The notes under the pieces: generated by a model | What the model was told of the DNA's origin: nothing | What the model saw: the letters and a program-made list of their open reading frames with translations, nothing else | The model's database searches: none | NCBI GenBank assembly: GCA_019358835.1 | Contig: JAHHIH010000006.1 | Location: forward strand, 158,813 to 222,812 | DNA from: Tildeniella torsiva UHER 1998/13D | GTDB lineage: Bacteria > Cyanobacteriota > Cyanobacteriia > Phormidesmidales > Phormidesmidaceae | Direction: 5' to 3' | DNA length: 64,000 bases | Program-made: the position numbers and the translations under genes | Shown: positions 26,864 to 35,826 of the stretch, piece by piece | How the letters are laid out: each line of letters starts with the position of its first letter | How positions within the stretch are numbered: the first letter of the stretch is position 1

Positions 26864-27979
26864 ATGGAAAGGATTGTAGTCGGGCTCTCCGGCGGCGTAG
26901 ATAGTTCGGTAGCGGCAGCGACCCTGCACCAGCAGGGGTACGACGTGGTGGGCCTCACCCTGTGGCTCATGAAGGGCAAGGGCCAGTGCTGCTCTGAGGG
27001 CATGGTCGATGCGGCCAAACTCTGCGAAGATCTGGGCATTGACTACCACGTGGTCGATAGCCGCGAGGTGTTTGAGCGCGAAATCATTAACTATTTAGTA
27101 GAAGGCTACGGCAGCGGCATTACGCCCCTGCCCTGCTCGCAGTGCAACCGGGCGGTCAAGTTTGGGCCGATGTTGCAGTACGCGCGGGAGGAGTTGGGGG
27201 CAAGTCGCATCGCCACTGGCCACTACGCCCGCATCACCCACAATGCTGAGACGGGCCGCTACGAGCTGCGCCGCGCCGTTGACCCGACAAAAGATCAGTC
27301 CTACTTTCTCTACGACCTCACTCAAGATCTGTTGGCTAGCTGCGACTTCCCCCTGGGCCACCAGACCAAAGTTGAGACCCGCCGTATCGCCGCTGAGCTG
27401 GGGCTGCACACCGCCGCCAAACCCGACAGCCAAGACCTTTGTTTGATCGAGCACCATGGCTCGATGCAGACCTTTTTGGACAAATACCTGGCCCCTAAAC
27501 CTGGCGACATTGTCGATACCGAAGGCCGCATTCTCGGCCAGCACACGGGCATTCACCACTACACCATTGGCCAGCGCAAGGGCTTGGGCATTGCTGCTGC
27601 CAACCCGCTTTACGTGGTGGGCTTTGACATGGGCAAAAACCACGTGATTGTGGCCGATCGCAGCGATGCCCACCTGCCCGACTGCACCGTGCAGCGGGTG
27701 AACTGGGTTGCGATCGCCGCTCCCCAGGAACCGATGAAGGTTTCTGTACAAATTCGCTACCGCAGTGAGGCTGTGGGGGCGACACTAGTTCCCCTATCGG
27801 CTGGGGATGGCACTGGCGATCGGGTGCGCATTGTGTTTGACGAGCCGCAGTTTGGTGTAACCCCCGGCCAGGCAGCGGTGTGGTACGACGGCGATCGTGT
27901 CCTCGGCGGTGGCTTGATTGAGGCCGCTGTCCCTGAGCCATCGGCCTCTGCGATTGAAGCTGAAGCCCTGAGCCATTGA
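26864..27979 (+). CDS. mnmA: tRNA 2-thiouridine(34) synthase MnmA
   Basis: PP-loop [14 protein letters not shown]. Conserved ...[10 protein letters not shown]..., ...DQSYFLY... and a C-terminal barrel. ATG at 26864. Confidence 0.9.
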   Translation: MERIVVGLSGGVDSSVAAATLHQQGYDVVGLTLWLMKGKGQCCSEGMVDAAKLCEDLGIDYHVVDSREVFEREIINYLVEGYGSGITPLPCSQCNRAVKFGPMLQYAREELGASRIATGHYARITHNAETGRYELRRAVDPTKDQSYFLYDLTQDLLASCDFPLGHQTKVETRRIAAELGLHTAAKPDSQDLCLIEHHGSMQTFLDKYLAPKPGDIVDTEGRILGQHTGIHHYTIGQRKGLGIAAANPLYVVGFDMGKNHVIVADRSDAHLPDCTVQRVNWVAIAAPQEPMKVSVQIRYRSEAVGATLVPLSAGDGTGDRVRIVFDEPQFGVTPGQAAVWYDGDRVLGGGLIEAAVPEPSASAIEAEALSH

Positions 27980-27987
27980 GCGCGCCT

Positions 27988-28335
27988 ATGACTTCCCAAT
28001 CGCTGAAAACCCAGCTTCAAACCCTCACCGCCGCAGAAAAAGGCGACGCTATACAGATTCTGACTGAAACCCTAAGTCGCCCTTCTTTGGGCATTACCAA
28101 AGTTTCTGAAGTAATGGGTGGTGATGCCTGCGTTGCCAAGACTCGCTTACCTGTTTGGCTATTTGTCAGCCTGCGGCAGCAGGGCGCTACGGATGCAGAA
28201 CTGCTAGAGGCTTATCCCCATCTCACAGCCGCAGATTTAGTCAATGTTTGGGCCTATGCCGATGCTCACCCTGAGGAAATTGCGATCGCCCTTCAAGAAC
28301 AGGAAAACATTGCGAACGATGCCCCTGAACGTTAG
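27988..28335 (+). CDS. DUF433-domain protein (putative antitoxin/HTH-like)
   Basis: ...MGGDACVAKTRLPVWLFVSLRQQGATDAELLEAYPHLTAADLVNVWAY..., typical of DUF433. Confidence 0.65.
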   Translation: MTSQSLKTQLQTLTAAEKGDAIQILTETLSRPSLGITKVSEVMGGDACVAKTRLPVWLFVSLRQQGATDAELLEAYPHLTAADLVNVWAYADAHPEEIAIALQEQENIANDAPER

Positions 28336-28337
28336 TC

Positions 28338-28670
28338 ATGGCCAAGCTATACGCTGATGAGCAGTTTCCTCGTCCCGTTGTAGAAGCGCTGCGCAGATTT
28401 GGCCATAATGTCACGACCGTTCAAGAAGCCGGGCAAGCAGGAGCGGCTGATCCCGGTGTTCTGACCTTTGCGATCGCCAATCAGCTCACTGTCTTAACGC
28501 AAAATCGCCGTGACTTTATCAAGCTACACCAGCTGAATTCTAACCATGCTGGAATCATTGTTTGCTCTGAAAATCGAGACTTCCTCGGACTAGCTCAGCA
28601 GATTAATGAGGCTGTCTGCTATGAGGCGCCTCTTCAAGGTAAGCTGCTGCGAGTTAGTCGTCCTGGATAG
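28338..28670 (+). CDS. DUF5615-family PIN-like protein (Mut7-C-like), partner of DUF433
   Basis: N-terminal KLYADEQFPRPVVEALRRFGHNV... pattern. Starts 2 nt after the DUF433 stop. Confidence 0.6.
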   Translation: MAKLYADEQFPRPVVEALRRFGHNVTTVQEAGQAGAADPGVLTFAIANQLTVLTQNRRDFIKLHQLNSNHAGIIVCSENRDFLGLAQQINEAVCYEAPLQGKLLRVSRPG

Positions 28671-28723
28671 CTGTTTCAGGTGCATAGCGTTGTTAAAAAG
28701 CCGCTCAAATCAGGTACTGCCCC

Positions 28724-29011
28724 ATGGCTGATATCACTAAAGACCAGCAACATCCTCAGTACAAGACCGATCGCCAGGTGGTAAACCAGCTTTTGGCTGG
28801 AGAAGCCACCGATTTCAACCTGGTCGAACTGGCCCGGCTGATGACCCGCTACGAGGGCTTCCCCGGTGCCCGCGACATTCAGACCGACCTGAAAAAAGCC
28901 CTCAACCGCTGGCAGCTCACCGAGGCTGAACTGTTTGAAAAAACCCGCGCCATCCACCAGCAGGGCGAGGTCTACAAAGGGCTAGGCCGAGGCCGCGAAG
29001 ATTGGAGTTGA
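28724..29011 (+). CDS. Conserved cyanobacterial small protein (DUF3288-like)
   Basis: ...DQQHPQYKTDRQVVNQLLAGEATDFNLVELARLMTRYEGFPGARDIQ.... The family name is recalled from memory. Confidence 0.5.
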   Translation: MADITKDQQHPQYKTDRQVVNQLLAGEATDFNLVELARLMTRYEGFPGARDIQTDLKKALNRWQLTEAELFEKTRAIHQQGEVYKGLGRGREDWS

Positions 29012-29077
29012 TGTGCCTCTTAGCAGTCTTTGTCCTTTTCAGACCCGTGGCACAATATAGGAAAAACGGAGCAAATC

Positions 29078-29653
29078 ATGCCTCCCTCCACCACAGCAGC
29101 GCTGCTTAGCTTTGAAGACTACATTGCCTACGATGACGGCACTGAAAATCGCTATGAACTGGTGGATGGAGAGCTGGTTGTCATGACTCCGCCAACCTTT
29201 CGGCACATGCTGATTGCCAAGTTCATTGAGCAGTGCTTGGATGCAGAAATTGCCCGCCTAGGTCTGGGATGGTTCTGCTTTCGGGAAGCCGGGGTGCGAA
29301 CTGGCGTTAGAAAGTCGCGGTTGACAGACGTCTACGTGCTAACGCTAGAGCAGGTTAGTGGCTTGATAAATCGAGCGGCGATTGCCCAGACCCCTCCTCT
29401 GCTGGCGGTAGAAGTTGTTAGCCCCGACTCCATTACCCGTGACTATCGCTACAAGCGGACAGAATATGCCGCCCTAGAAATTCCCGAATACTGGATTGTC
29501 GATCCGCTGGAGTCGAAGGTGACGATGCTGACCTTCAACGAAGGACTCTACGACGAAACCGTATTTTTTAGGGATCAGCCTCTGGTGTCGCCGACATTCC
29601 CTGAATTGTCGCTTACCGTGGAGCAGATTTTAGCGGCGGGCAATCTGGCTTAG
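29078..29653 (+). CDS. Uma2-family (DUF820) endonuclease
   Basis: ...YELVDGELVVMTPP...H...; ...AVEVVSP...; ...EYWIVDP..., a restriction-endonuclease-like fold signature. Confidence 0.75.
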   Translation: MPPSTTAALLSFEDYIAYDDGTENRYELVDGELVVMTPPTFRHMLIAKFIEQCLDAEIARLGLGWFCFREAGVRTGVRKSRLTDVYVLTLEQVSGLINRAAIAQTPPLLAVEVVSPDSITRDYRYKRTEYAALEIPEYWIVDPLESKVTMLTFNEGLYDETVFFRDQPLVSPTFPELSLTVEQILAAGNLA

Positions 29654-29679
29654 GGGTGCGAGGGATATACTACTCAGCT

Positions 29680-31260
29680 ATGAGTATTCCTAAAGCCAAC
29701 CGGGGCGCGATCGCAGCGGGCCATGCCCTCACCGCTGAGGCTGGGGCCGAGATGCTGCGCCAGGGCGGCAACGCCTTTGACGCCGCGATCGCCGCTGCCT
29801 TTACCGCCTGCGTGGTGGAATCGGCGTTGACCTCCCTGGCAGGGGGCGGCTTTTTGCTGGCCCACACGGCGGCGGGCGAAAACCGGCTGTTCGACTTTTT
29901 TTGCCAAACGCCCCGATCGCGGGAAATTGGGCGATCGCCCGATTTCTACCCCATCCACGCCAACTTTGGCGACACCACCCAGGAGTTTCACATTGGCCTG
30001 GGGTCGATGGCGGTGCCGGGGGCGATCGCCGGGCTGCTCCACGTTCATCAAAAACTGGGGCGACTGCCTCTAGAAACCATTGTCGCCCCGGCTCAGCATT
30101 GGGCTACTCAAGGCTTTGAGGTCGATGCCTTTCGTGCCTACAGCTTTGAGATCCTGTCGCCTATTCTCACCGCTACCGCTGCTGCTAGGGCAATCTATGC
30201 GCCGCAGGGCGACGTGCTGACCCAGGGCGATCGCCTCTATTTGCCCGACTTCGCTACTTTTTTGCACGACCTGGTGCGCCACGGGGCCGACTGGTTTTAC
30301 CGGGGCGATTTGGCCCATGCGATCGCCCAAACTTGCCAAACCCACGGCGGATATCTCAGCCTAGAGGATCTACAGACCTACCAGGTCGTCGAGCGCGAAC
30401 CGCTGGCGGTGCCCTACGGCAGCGCCACCCTGCTCACTAACCCCCCACCCAGCTCGGGCGGCACCCTGATTGCCTTTGCCCTGCACCTGTTAGCCCAAGC
30501 CTCATCCGCCCTCACCGATCACGCTAGCCCCTGCCATGTGGCTGTCCTCCGTGAGGTGATGAGCCTTACTAACCTGGCCCGCCAAAAAGGGTACGACGAC
30601 CATCTCTACCGGGCCGATATTGCCAAGGAATTTCTCAGCTCTGCTCACCTCGCCCCTTACCTAAACGAGCTGCAAACGTCCCTGCGTCAGGGGGGCAGCA
30701 AATGGGGCAGCACCACCCACATCAGCGTGGTCGATGGCGAGGGCAATGCCGCCAGTCTCACCACCTCCAACGGCGAAGGCTCGGCCTATATCATCCCTGG
30801 CACCGGCATCATGATGAACAATATGCTGGGCGAAGAAGACCTCAACCCCCAGGGCTTTCACCAATGGCCGACGAACCAGCGGATGTCGTCGATGATGGCC
30901 CCCAGCCTGGTGCTGCAAGACGGCCAGCCGCGCCTGGTGCTAGGCTCTGGCGGCTCTAACCGCATTCGTACCGCCATTTTGCAAGTGGTGTCGAACGTGC
31001 TCGACTTTGGCATGGATATTGAAACCGCCGTCAGTGCGCCCCGGCTCCATTGGGAACGGGGAGCGCTGCATCTGGAACCCGGTTATGAGCAGGCGGCGAT
31101 CGCCGCCCAAGGCGTTACCGGCGACGACCTTTGCACCTGGTGGCAGGCCCCCAGCATGTTTTTTGGCGGTGTCCACGCCGTAGCCGTTGCCCCCAATGGC
31201 CAGCTCTCAGGCGTGGGCGACAGCCGCCGGGGAGGAGCCTGGGTCGTGGTCGATAGCTAG
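29680..31260 (+). CDS. ggt: Gamma-glutamyltransferase
   Basis: Autoprocessing/nucleophile Thr in ...GSTTHISVVDGEGNAASLTTSNG...; C-terminal ...GSGGSNRI... and ...GGVHAV.... Confidence 0.85.
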   Translation: MSIPKANRGAIAAGHALTAEAGAEMLRQGGNAFDAAIAAAFTACVVESALTSLAGGGFLLAHTAAGENRLFDFFCQTPRSREIGRSPDFYPIHANFGDTTQEFHIGLGSMAVPGAIAGLLHVHQKLGRLPLETIVAPAQHWATQGFEVDAFRAYSFEILSPILTATAAARAIYAPQGDVLTQGDRLYLPDFATFLHDLVRHGADWFYRGDLAHAIAQTCQTHGGYLSLEDLQTYQVVEREPLAVPYGSATLLTNPPPSSGGTLIAFALHLLAQASSALTDHASPCHVAVLREVMSLTNLARQKGYDDHLYRADIAKEFLSSAHLAPYLNELQTSLRQGGSKWGSTTHISVVDGEGNAASLTTSNGEGSAYIIPGTGIMMNNMLGEEDLNPQGFHQWPTNQRMSSMMAPSLVLQDGQPRLVLGSGGSNRIRTAILQVVSNVLDFGMDIETAVSAPRLHWERGALHLEPGYEQAAIAAQGVTGDDLCTWWQAPSMFFGGVHAVAVAPNGQLSGVGDSRRGGAWVVVDS

Positions 31261-31373
31261 GGAATTCACCCGCCTCAGTCCAGACGCGCCATCCAATCGT
31301 CGTGACCCCATTCCGGCAAAGGGTGGGGTTGTTTGACACAATACCAATAGATCCCCTAAGCACGTCCCCAAGT

Positions 31374-32291
31374 ATGGATTTCACCGCTGCCCTGCCCACG
31401 TTTTTCATTACCCTGCGCGAGGGGGTAGAAGCCGCCCTGGTGGTCGGCATTGTGCTGGCCTGCCTGGCCAAGGCTAACCGCCAAAGCCTCAACCCCTGGG
31501 CCTATGCGGGCATCGCCGCCGGGCTAGCCGGTAGCGTCATGCTGGGCATTGCGCTGGGGCTGGGGCTCCAGCAGATTCAGCAGGTGCTGCCCAGTCTGCA
31601 AACGGTGATCAAGCCGCTGTTGAATGTGCTGTTTGGGGCGATCGCCATCATCATGCTGAGCTGGATGCTGCTGTGGATGACCCGCCAGGCCCGCAGCCTT
31701 AAGGGCGAAATTGAAGGTACGGTGCGATCGGCCCTCGATGATGCCCAAACCGCAGGCTGGAGCGTCTTTAGCCTAGTCTGCATCGCCGTGCTGCGCGAAG
31801 GGTTTGAAACGGTGCTGTTTATTTTCACCAATGTCGAAACCAGTGTGTCTGCCATCGCGGGGGCTGTGGGTGGCCTGCTCGGTGCCGTGCTCATTGGCCT
31901 AGCCCTATTTCGCTGGGGTCTGCGCATCAACCTCAAGCGCTTCTTTCAGGTGATGGGGATCCTGCTACTCCTCATCGTCGGCGGTCTGGTGATGTCAGTC
32001 TTTAAGAATCTAGATGCGGGCCTAGCCGCCATCAGCCAAATCAACCCCGCCGCCGACCTCTGTTTCGCCCAAAGCTCCTGCATCCTTGGCCCGCTAGTGT
32101 GGGATGGCAGCAGCATTCTGAGCGATCGCCAATTCCCCGGCATTGTCTTCAAAACCCTACTCGGCTACCGCGATCATCTGTATCTACTCCAAATCGTCGC
32201 CTACCTGAGTTTTCTAGCCCTCGTCGGCAGCCGCTACTTCCGCAGCCTCAACCCCTCCCTCCCCACCACCACCCCATCCCCCACCCCCTAA
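31374..32291 (+). CDS. FTR1-family high-affinity iron permease (EfeU-like)
   Basis: Two REGxE motifs (LREGVEAALV, LREGFETVLF) in a 7-TM protein. ATG at 31374. Confidence 0.8.
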   Translation: MDFTAALPTFFITLREGVEAALVVGIVLACLAKANRQSLNPWAYAGIAAGLAGSVMLGIALGLGLQQIQQVLPSLQTVIKPLLNVLFGAIAIIMLSWMLLWMTRQARSLKGEIEGTVRSALDDAQTAGWSVFSLVCIAVLREGFETVLFIFTNVETSVSAIAGAVGGLLGAVLIGLALFRWGLRINLKRFFQVMGILLLLIVGGLVMSVFKNLDAGLAAISQINPAADLCFAQSSCILGPLVWDGSSILSDRQFPGIVFKTLLGYRDHLYLLQIVAYLSFLALVGSRYFRSLNPSLPTTTPSPTP

Positions 32292-32396
32292 CTCCCCACC
32301 CCCTCACCTTCCCCACCCCCCCCATCCCCTCACCCCTCACTCACCCACCCATCCACTCACCTACTCCCCCACCTCCTCCCCACCCCTCCCCAAACC
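32246..32396 (+). repeat. 151-nt tract containing no G on the + strand (C/A/T only; CCCAC / CTCAC / CCCATCCAC units)
   Basis: Checked base by base: last G at 32245, next G at 32397. Spans the last 15 codons of the FTR1 gene and the whole glmU leader. Confidence 0.95.
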
Positions 32397-32440
32397 GCGA
32401 TATACTCCTTCGAGCCATCCCCAACTAAGGACAATTCCCC

Positions 32441-33814
32441 ATGGTCGCTGTCGCCATTCTTGCCGCCGGGCGCGGCACCCGTATGAAATCGAGCCTGCCC
32501 AAGGTGCTGCACTCGGTCGGGGGCAAGTCGATGGTCGAGCGCGTGCTGGATGGGCTAGCCGACCTCAACCCCAGCCACACCATCATCGTTGTCGGCTTTG
32601 GCCAAGACCAGGTGAAAGCCGCTCTGGCCCACGTCCCCGGCCTCACCTTTGTGGAGCAGACCGAACAGCTCGGCACCGGCCACGCCGTGCAGCAGGTGAT
32701 CCCCCACCTGGAGGGGTTTGATGGCGATCTGCTGGTGCTCAACGGCGATGTGCCGCTACTGCGAGCCGAGACTATTCAAACCCTGGTCAAAACCCACCGA
32801 GACAAGGGCAACGCTGCCACGCTGCTCACGGCCCAGTTCACCGACCCGACGGGCTACGGGCGCGTGTTTTGCACCGAGCAAAACCTGATTACCGAAATTG
32901 TCGAGCACCGCGACTGTAGCCCCGCCCAGCGCGAAAACCTGCGCATCAATGCCGGGGTGTACTGCTTTAACTGGGCCAAGCTGATGACGGTGCTGCCCCA
33001 CCTTAGCGCCGACAACGACCAGCAGGAATATTACCTCACCGACGTTGTCAAAGACCTGACCCCAGCCATGGCCGTCGATGTGGAAGACTGCCAAGAGATC
33101 TTCGGTATCAACAGCCGCAAGCAGCTCGCCGAGGCTTACGCCATTCTGCAAGACCGCATCAAAGACCACTGGATGGCGGCGGGGGTCACTCTGATTGACC
33201 CCGATAGCACCACCATCGACACCACAGTTCAGCTCGAACCCGATGTGATCATCGAGCCCCAAACCCATCTGCGGGGAAAAACCGTAGTGGGCACCGGCAG
33301 CCGCATCGGCCCCGGCAGCTTAATCGAAAATAGCCAGATTGGGGCCTACGCTACTGTCGCCTTTTCGGTAGTTAGCGACAGCACCGTAGGCTATGGTACG
33401 CGGGTTGGCCCCTACGCTCACCTGCGGGGCGAAGCGGTGGTAGGCGACAACTGTCGCATTGGCAACTTTGTAGAGATTAAGAAATCGACCATGGGGCCAG
33501 GCACCAATGTGGCCCACCTGTCGTACCTGGGCGACGCCACCCTGGGCAACAAGGTGAATATCGGGGCAGGGACGATCACGGCGAACTACGACGGCTATAA
33601 AAAGCACCCGACGGTAATTGGCGATCGCACCAAAACCGGCAGCAACAGCGTGCTCGTCGCCCCCATCACCATCGGCAGCGATGTCACCATTGCCGCTGGG
33701 TCAGTGGTACGCAAAGACGCCCCCGACAACTGCCTCGTCGTCTCCCGCGCCCCCCAAAAAAATCACGAAGGGTGGCAGCCTAAGCATCTGCGAGACGAAA
33801 AAGGGGGAGAGTAG
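32441..33814 (+). CDS. glmU: Bifunctional UDP-GlcNAc diphosphorylase / GlcN-1-P N-acetyltransferase GlmU
   Basis: [20 protein letters not shown] nucleotide-binding motif. C-terminal left-handed beta-helix hexapeptide repeats. Confidence 0.92.
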   Translation: MVAVAILAAGRGTRMKSSLPKVLHSVGGKSMVERVLDGLADLNPSHTIIVVGFGQDQVKAALAHVPGLTFVEQTEQLGTGHAVQQVIPHLEGFDGDLLVLNGDVPLLRAETIQTLVKTHRDKGNAATLLTAQFTDPTGYGRVFCTEQNLITEIVEHRDCSPAQRENLRINAGVYCFNWAKLMTVLPHLSADNDQQEYYLTDVVKDLTPAMAVDVEDCQEIFGINSRKQLAEAYAILQDRIKDHWMAAGVTLIDPDSTTIDTTVQLEPDVIIEPQTHLRGKTVVGTGSRIGPGSLIENSQIGAYATVAFSVVSDSTVGYGTRVGPYAHLRGEAVVGDNCRIGNFVEIKKSTMGPGTNVAHLSYLGDATLGNKVNIGAGTITANYDGYKKHPTVIGDRTKTGSNSVLVAPITIGSDVTIAAGSVVRKDAPDNCLVVSRAPQKNHEGWQPKHLRDEKGGE

Positions 33815-33858
33815 GTGAGCGCGTGAGGAGATGGGTAGGTGGTGGATGAGGCAGGGGT
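33803..33858 (+). repeat. G-rich (nearly C-free) tract related to the GGTGGATG(G/A)G repeat family
   Basis: GGGGGAGAGTAGGTGAGCGCGTGAGGAGATGGGTAGGTGGTGGATGAGGCAGGGG. Its reverse complement resembles the 3' part of the tract at 32336-32370 (shared CTCACCTACTC). Confidence 0.7.
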
Positions 33859-33950
33859 TAACAGCCTCAGCGATAGGGCGTTGGTACAGCCCAGCCCAGG
33901 GTTTTATGCCCTTAGCCGGAGAAAAGGGCCGTATTCGAGTCCATTTCCCC

Positions 33951-34259
33951 CTAAACCCCGGCAGCTTCTAACAGAGGCAGCATATCGGCCCATGAGAGTC
34001 CCCGATGCAGGTATTGGGGATCAGCAGGGTTATAGGGGCCAACCATAATGTCAATGGCCGCAATGTCTGCATTTTCGGGCAGCACCGGCACCTCGGGGTC
34101 AGCGGCGGTGGGGCGCATTAGCGAACTGGAGAAGCCGCGATAGATCAGTATCTCGTCCTCCTCGCCCGCGATCGCAGCTTGCACCCGCAATACCAGTTCC
34201 GGTTGCTTCAGCGTGAACTGCTCTAGCCGAAATCCAGCGATCATCACTAACTCACCCAC
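33951..34259 (-). CDS. Conserved hypothetical protein
   Basis: Coding-like composition and compact spacing with the upstream gene. No motif recognised. GTG at 34259 or ATG at 34244. Confidence 0.4.
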   Translation of the reverse strand: MGELVMIAGFRLEQFTLKQPELVLRVQAAIAGEEDEILIYRGFSSSLMRPTAADPEVPVLPENADIAAIDIMVGPYNPADPQYLHRGLSWADMLPLLEAAGV

Positions 34260-34279
34260 ACACCTACATCACCCAGTTC

Positions 34280-34873
34280 CTAGTTGATCGCTTGACGACC
34301 CTGCTTGCCCAGGCGCACAAACACAAACCAGGCCAAAGACGCCATGTAGATGACCAACCCCAAAATGCCGAAGAACCCTAGGAAGCCGTTGGTATAGCCT
34401 GCGTGGAAATATTCTTTGTAGAGCAGCGGTGGCTCTAGCCAGGTTTGGCAGTCGGCTGCGCCAAAGCGGGCGTTGGAGAAGGCGCAGGGCAAAAAGCCGA
34501 GCAAAATTGCCCCGCCAATAATGTTGTAGAGGGTAATGGCCCAGCGCCAGGCGCTAAACAGCAGCTTGAGCAGCGAGTCGGGCTGCTCGCGGATTTCTTC
34601 GTTGAGGTCTACCCAAAACCAGAGCCCCACCGGAATCAGGATGCGCGCCATCAGCCCCGACAAAAAGCTGATGTTGAAGCCGCCAATCATCAGATAGACG
34701 GTGATCAGCAGCAGGCTGGCCACCTTCCAGTAGATGGTGAGCAGAAGCTGAATGGACTCGTTTTTTTGCACAAAGGCCCAAATCAGCAGCACCAGGGGCA
34801 AAAACACGGTGAATAAAACCGCCAGTCGATAGTCCGTCCAGACTAGGGCGCGCAGCAGCGAGGGTTCTAACAT
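34280..34873 (-). CDS. Conserved multi-pass membrane protein (function unknown)
   Basis: Five or six hydrophobic helices. No catalytic motif recognised. Confidence 0.5.
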   Translation of the reverse strand: MLEPSLLRALVWTDYRLAVLFTVFLPLVLLIWAFVQKNESIQLLLTIYWKVASLLLITVYLMIGGFNISFLSGLMARILIPVGLWFWVDLNEEIREQPDSLLKLLFSAWRWAITLYNIIGGAILLGFLPCAFSNARFGAADCQTWLEPPLLYKEYFHAGYTNGFLGFFGILGLVIYMASLAWFVFVRLGKQGRQAIN

Positions 34874-35075
34874 AGGGGCGCAGTAGCGATACAGTCCATC
34901 AAGCTAGCCGCCAGCCTGGCGTAGGTATGACTACCCCGCGATCGCTGAAGCAGACCGTTTGGCCTTAGCACCTGCCGAGGGCAAGCACAGCAACTAGCTG
35001 GTTCGGCGATGTGCCAAACCAGCCTATAGAGTAACATTTGCCTTACACGCTTTCTGGCGAGGGCAAAACTCATTC

Positions 35076-35351
35076 CTAGGGCGGGGTTGAGGGAACATCG
35101 GCCTCGGGCGCAGGGCGCTTCATCCACATCCAGAGGTTGATCAGCCCTGTGGTGAGACCCAGCAGGGCCACAGCGATCGCCCAGGAGATTTCCCCTTGCA
35201 GCTGTCTGTCAACAAGGCTACCGAGAACGTATCCACCCAAGGGCAGCACCAGAATCGACAGCGAAACCCGAGTCAGAAAAGCAGGCAAGCTGCTGTCTTG
35301 AGCCCTGACTGATAAGCCAGAAGCGTTGGGGTTGCGGGCAGGGTATTTCAT
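35076..35351 (-). CDS. Small two-TM protein, AtpZ/AtpI-like
   Basis: ...LSILVLPLGGYVLGSLVDRQL...WAIAVALLGLTTGLINLW... resembles the ATPase_gene1 (AtpZ) pattern. Confidence 0.4.
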   Translation of the reverse strand: MKYPARNPNASGLSVRAQDSSLPAFLTRVSLSILVLPLGGYVLGSLVDRQLQGEISWAIAVALLGLTTGLINLWMWMKRPAPEADVPSTPP

Positions 35352-35375
35352 GGTGAAGCAAAGCTGGGTTGGGGA

Positions 35376-35735
35376 CTAGTTCCAGGTGCGATTGCCGTCT
35401 TCATCAACGCGGGCCTGGCGAATAACGTCGGAGATCTCTTCCGCATCCTTGATGTGGTGCAGGGCTTTTTGTTCACCATCAGTGTCATCGACGACGAAGT
35501 AGGTGGGGACAACGATGCGATCGCCCGTAATATCAGCCGTATCGACCGCTACCTGCTTAGACTTTTCTTCCAGGGTCTTTTCGCCATCGACATAGTCGCC
35601 GGGGTTGAGCACCAGGTCTTCTTCCTTCATCGCCCGTTTCATTTCCGCCCGCTGCTCGGGAGAAACTTCCTCGGGGGTGAGGGGCTGGCTGATGGGCTTG
35701 CGCTCTTCAGAATTTTGAGCATCCATGGGGTTCAC
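35376..35735 (-). CDS. Hypothetical acidic soluble protein
   Basis: ORF with coding-like composition, Glu/Asp-rich. No motif recognised. Confidence 0.4.
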   Translation of the reverse strand: MNPMDAQNSEERKPISQPLTPEEVSPEQRAEMKRAMKEEDLVLNPGDYVDGEKTLEEKSKQVAVDTADITGDRIVVPTYFVVDDTDGEQKALHHIKDAEEISDVIRQARVDEDGNRTWN

Positions 35736-35826
35736 CTCTTAAGTAGCGTTTGAATGAAACCAACGTAACGTTCTGGAAGGGCTGGCCACATCGCTCAAAG
35801 GGGGCAGGCCAAGTCTCCCGTTGTAG

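Noticed and set aside
32099-32428. A 109-aa Pro/His/Thr-rich ORF running through the G-free tract.
   Set aside because: It overlaps the end of the well-supported FTR1 gene in another frame and is simply a translation of the C-rich repeat.
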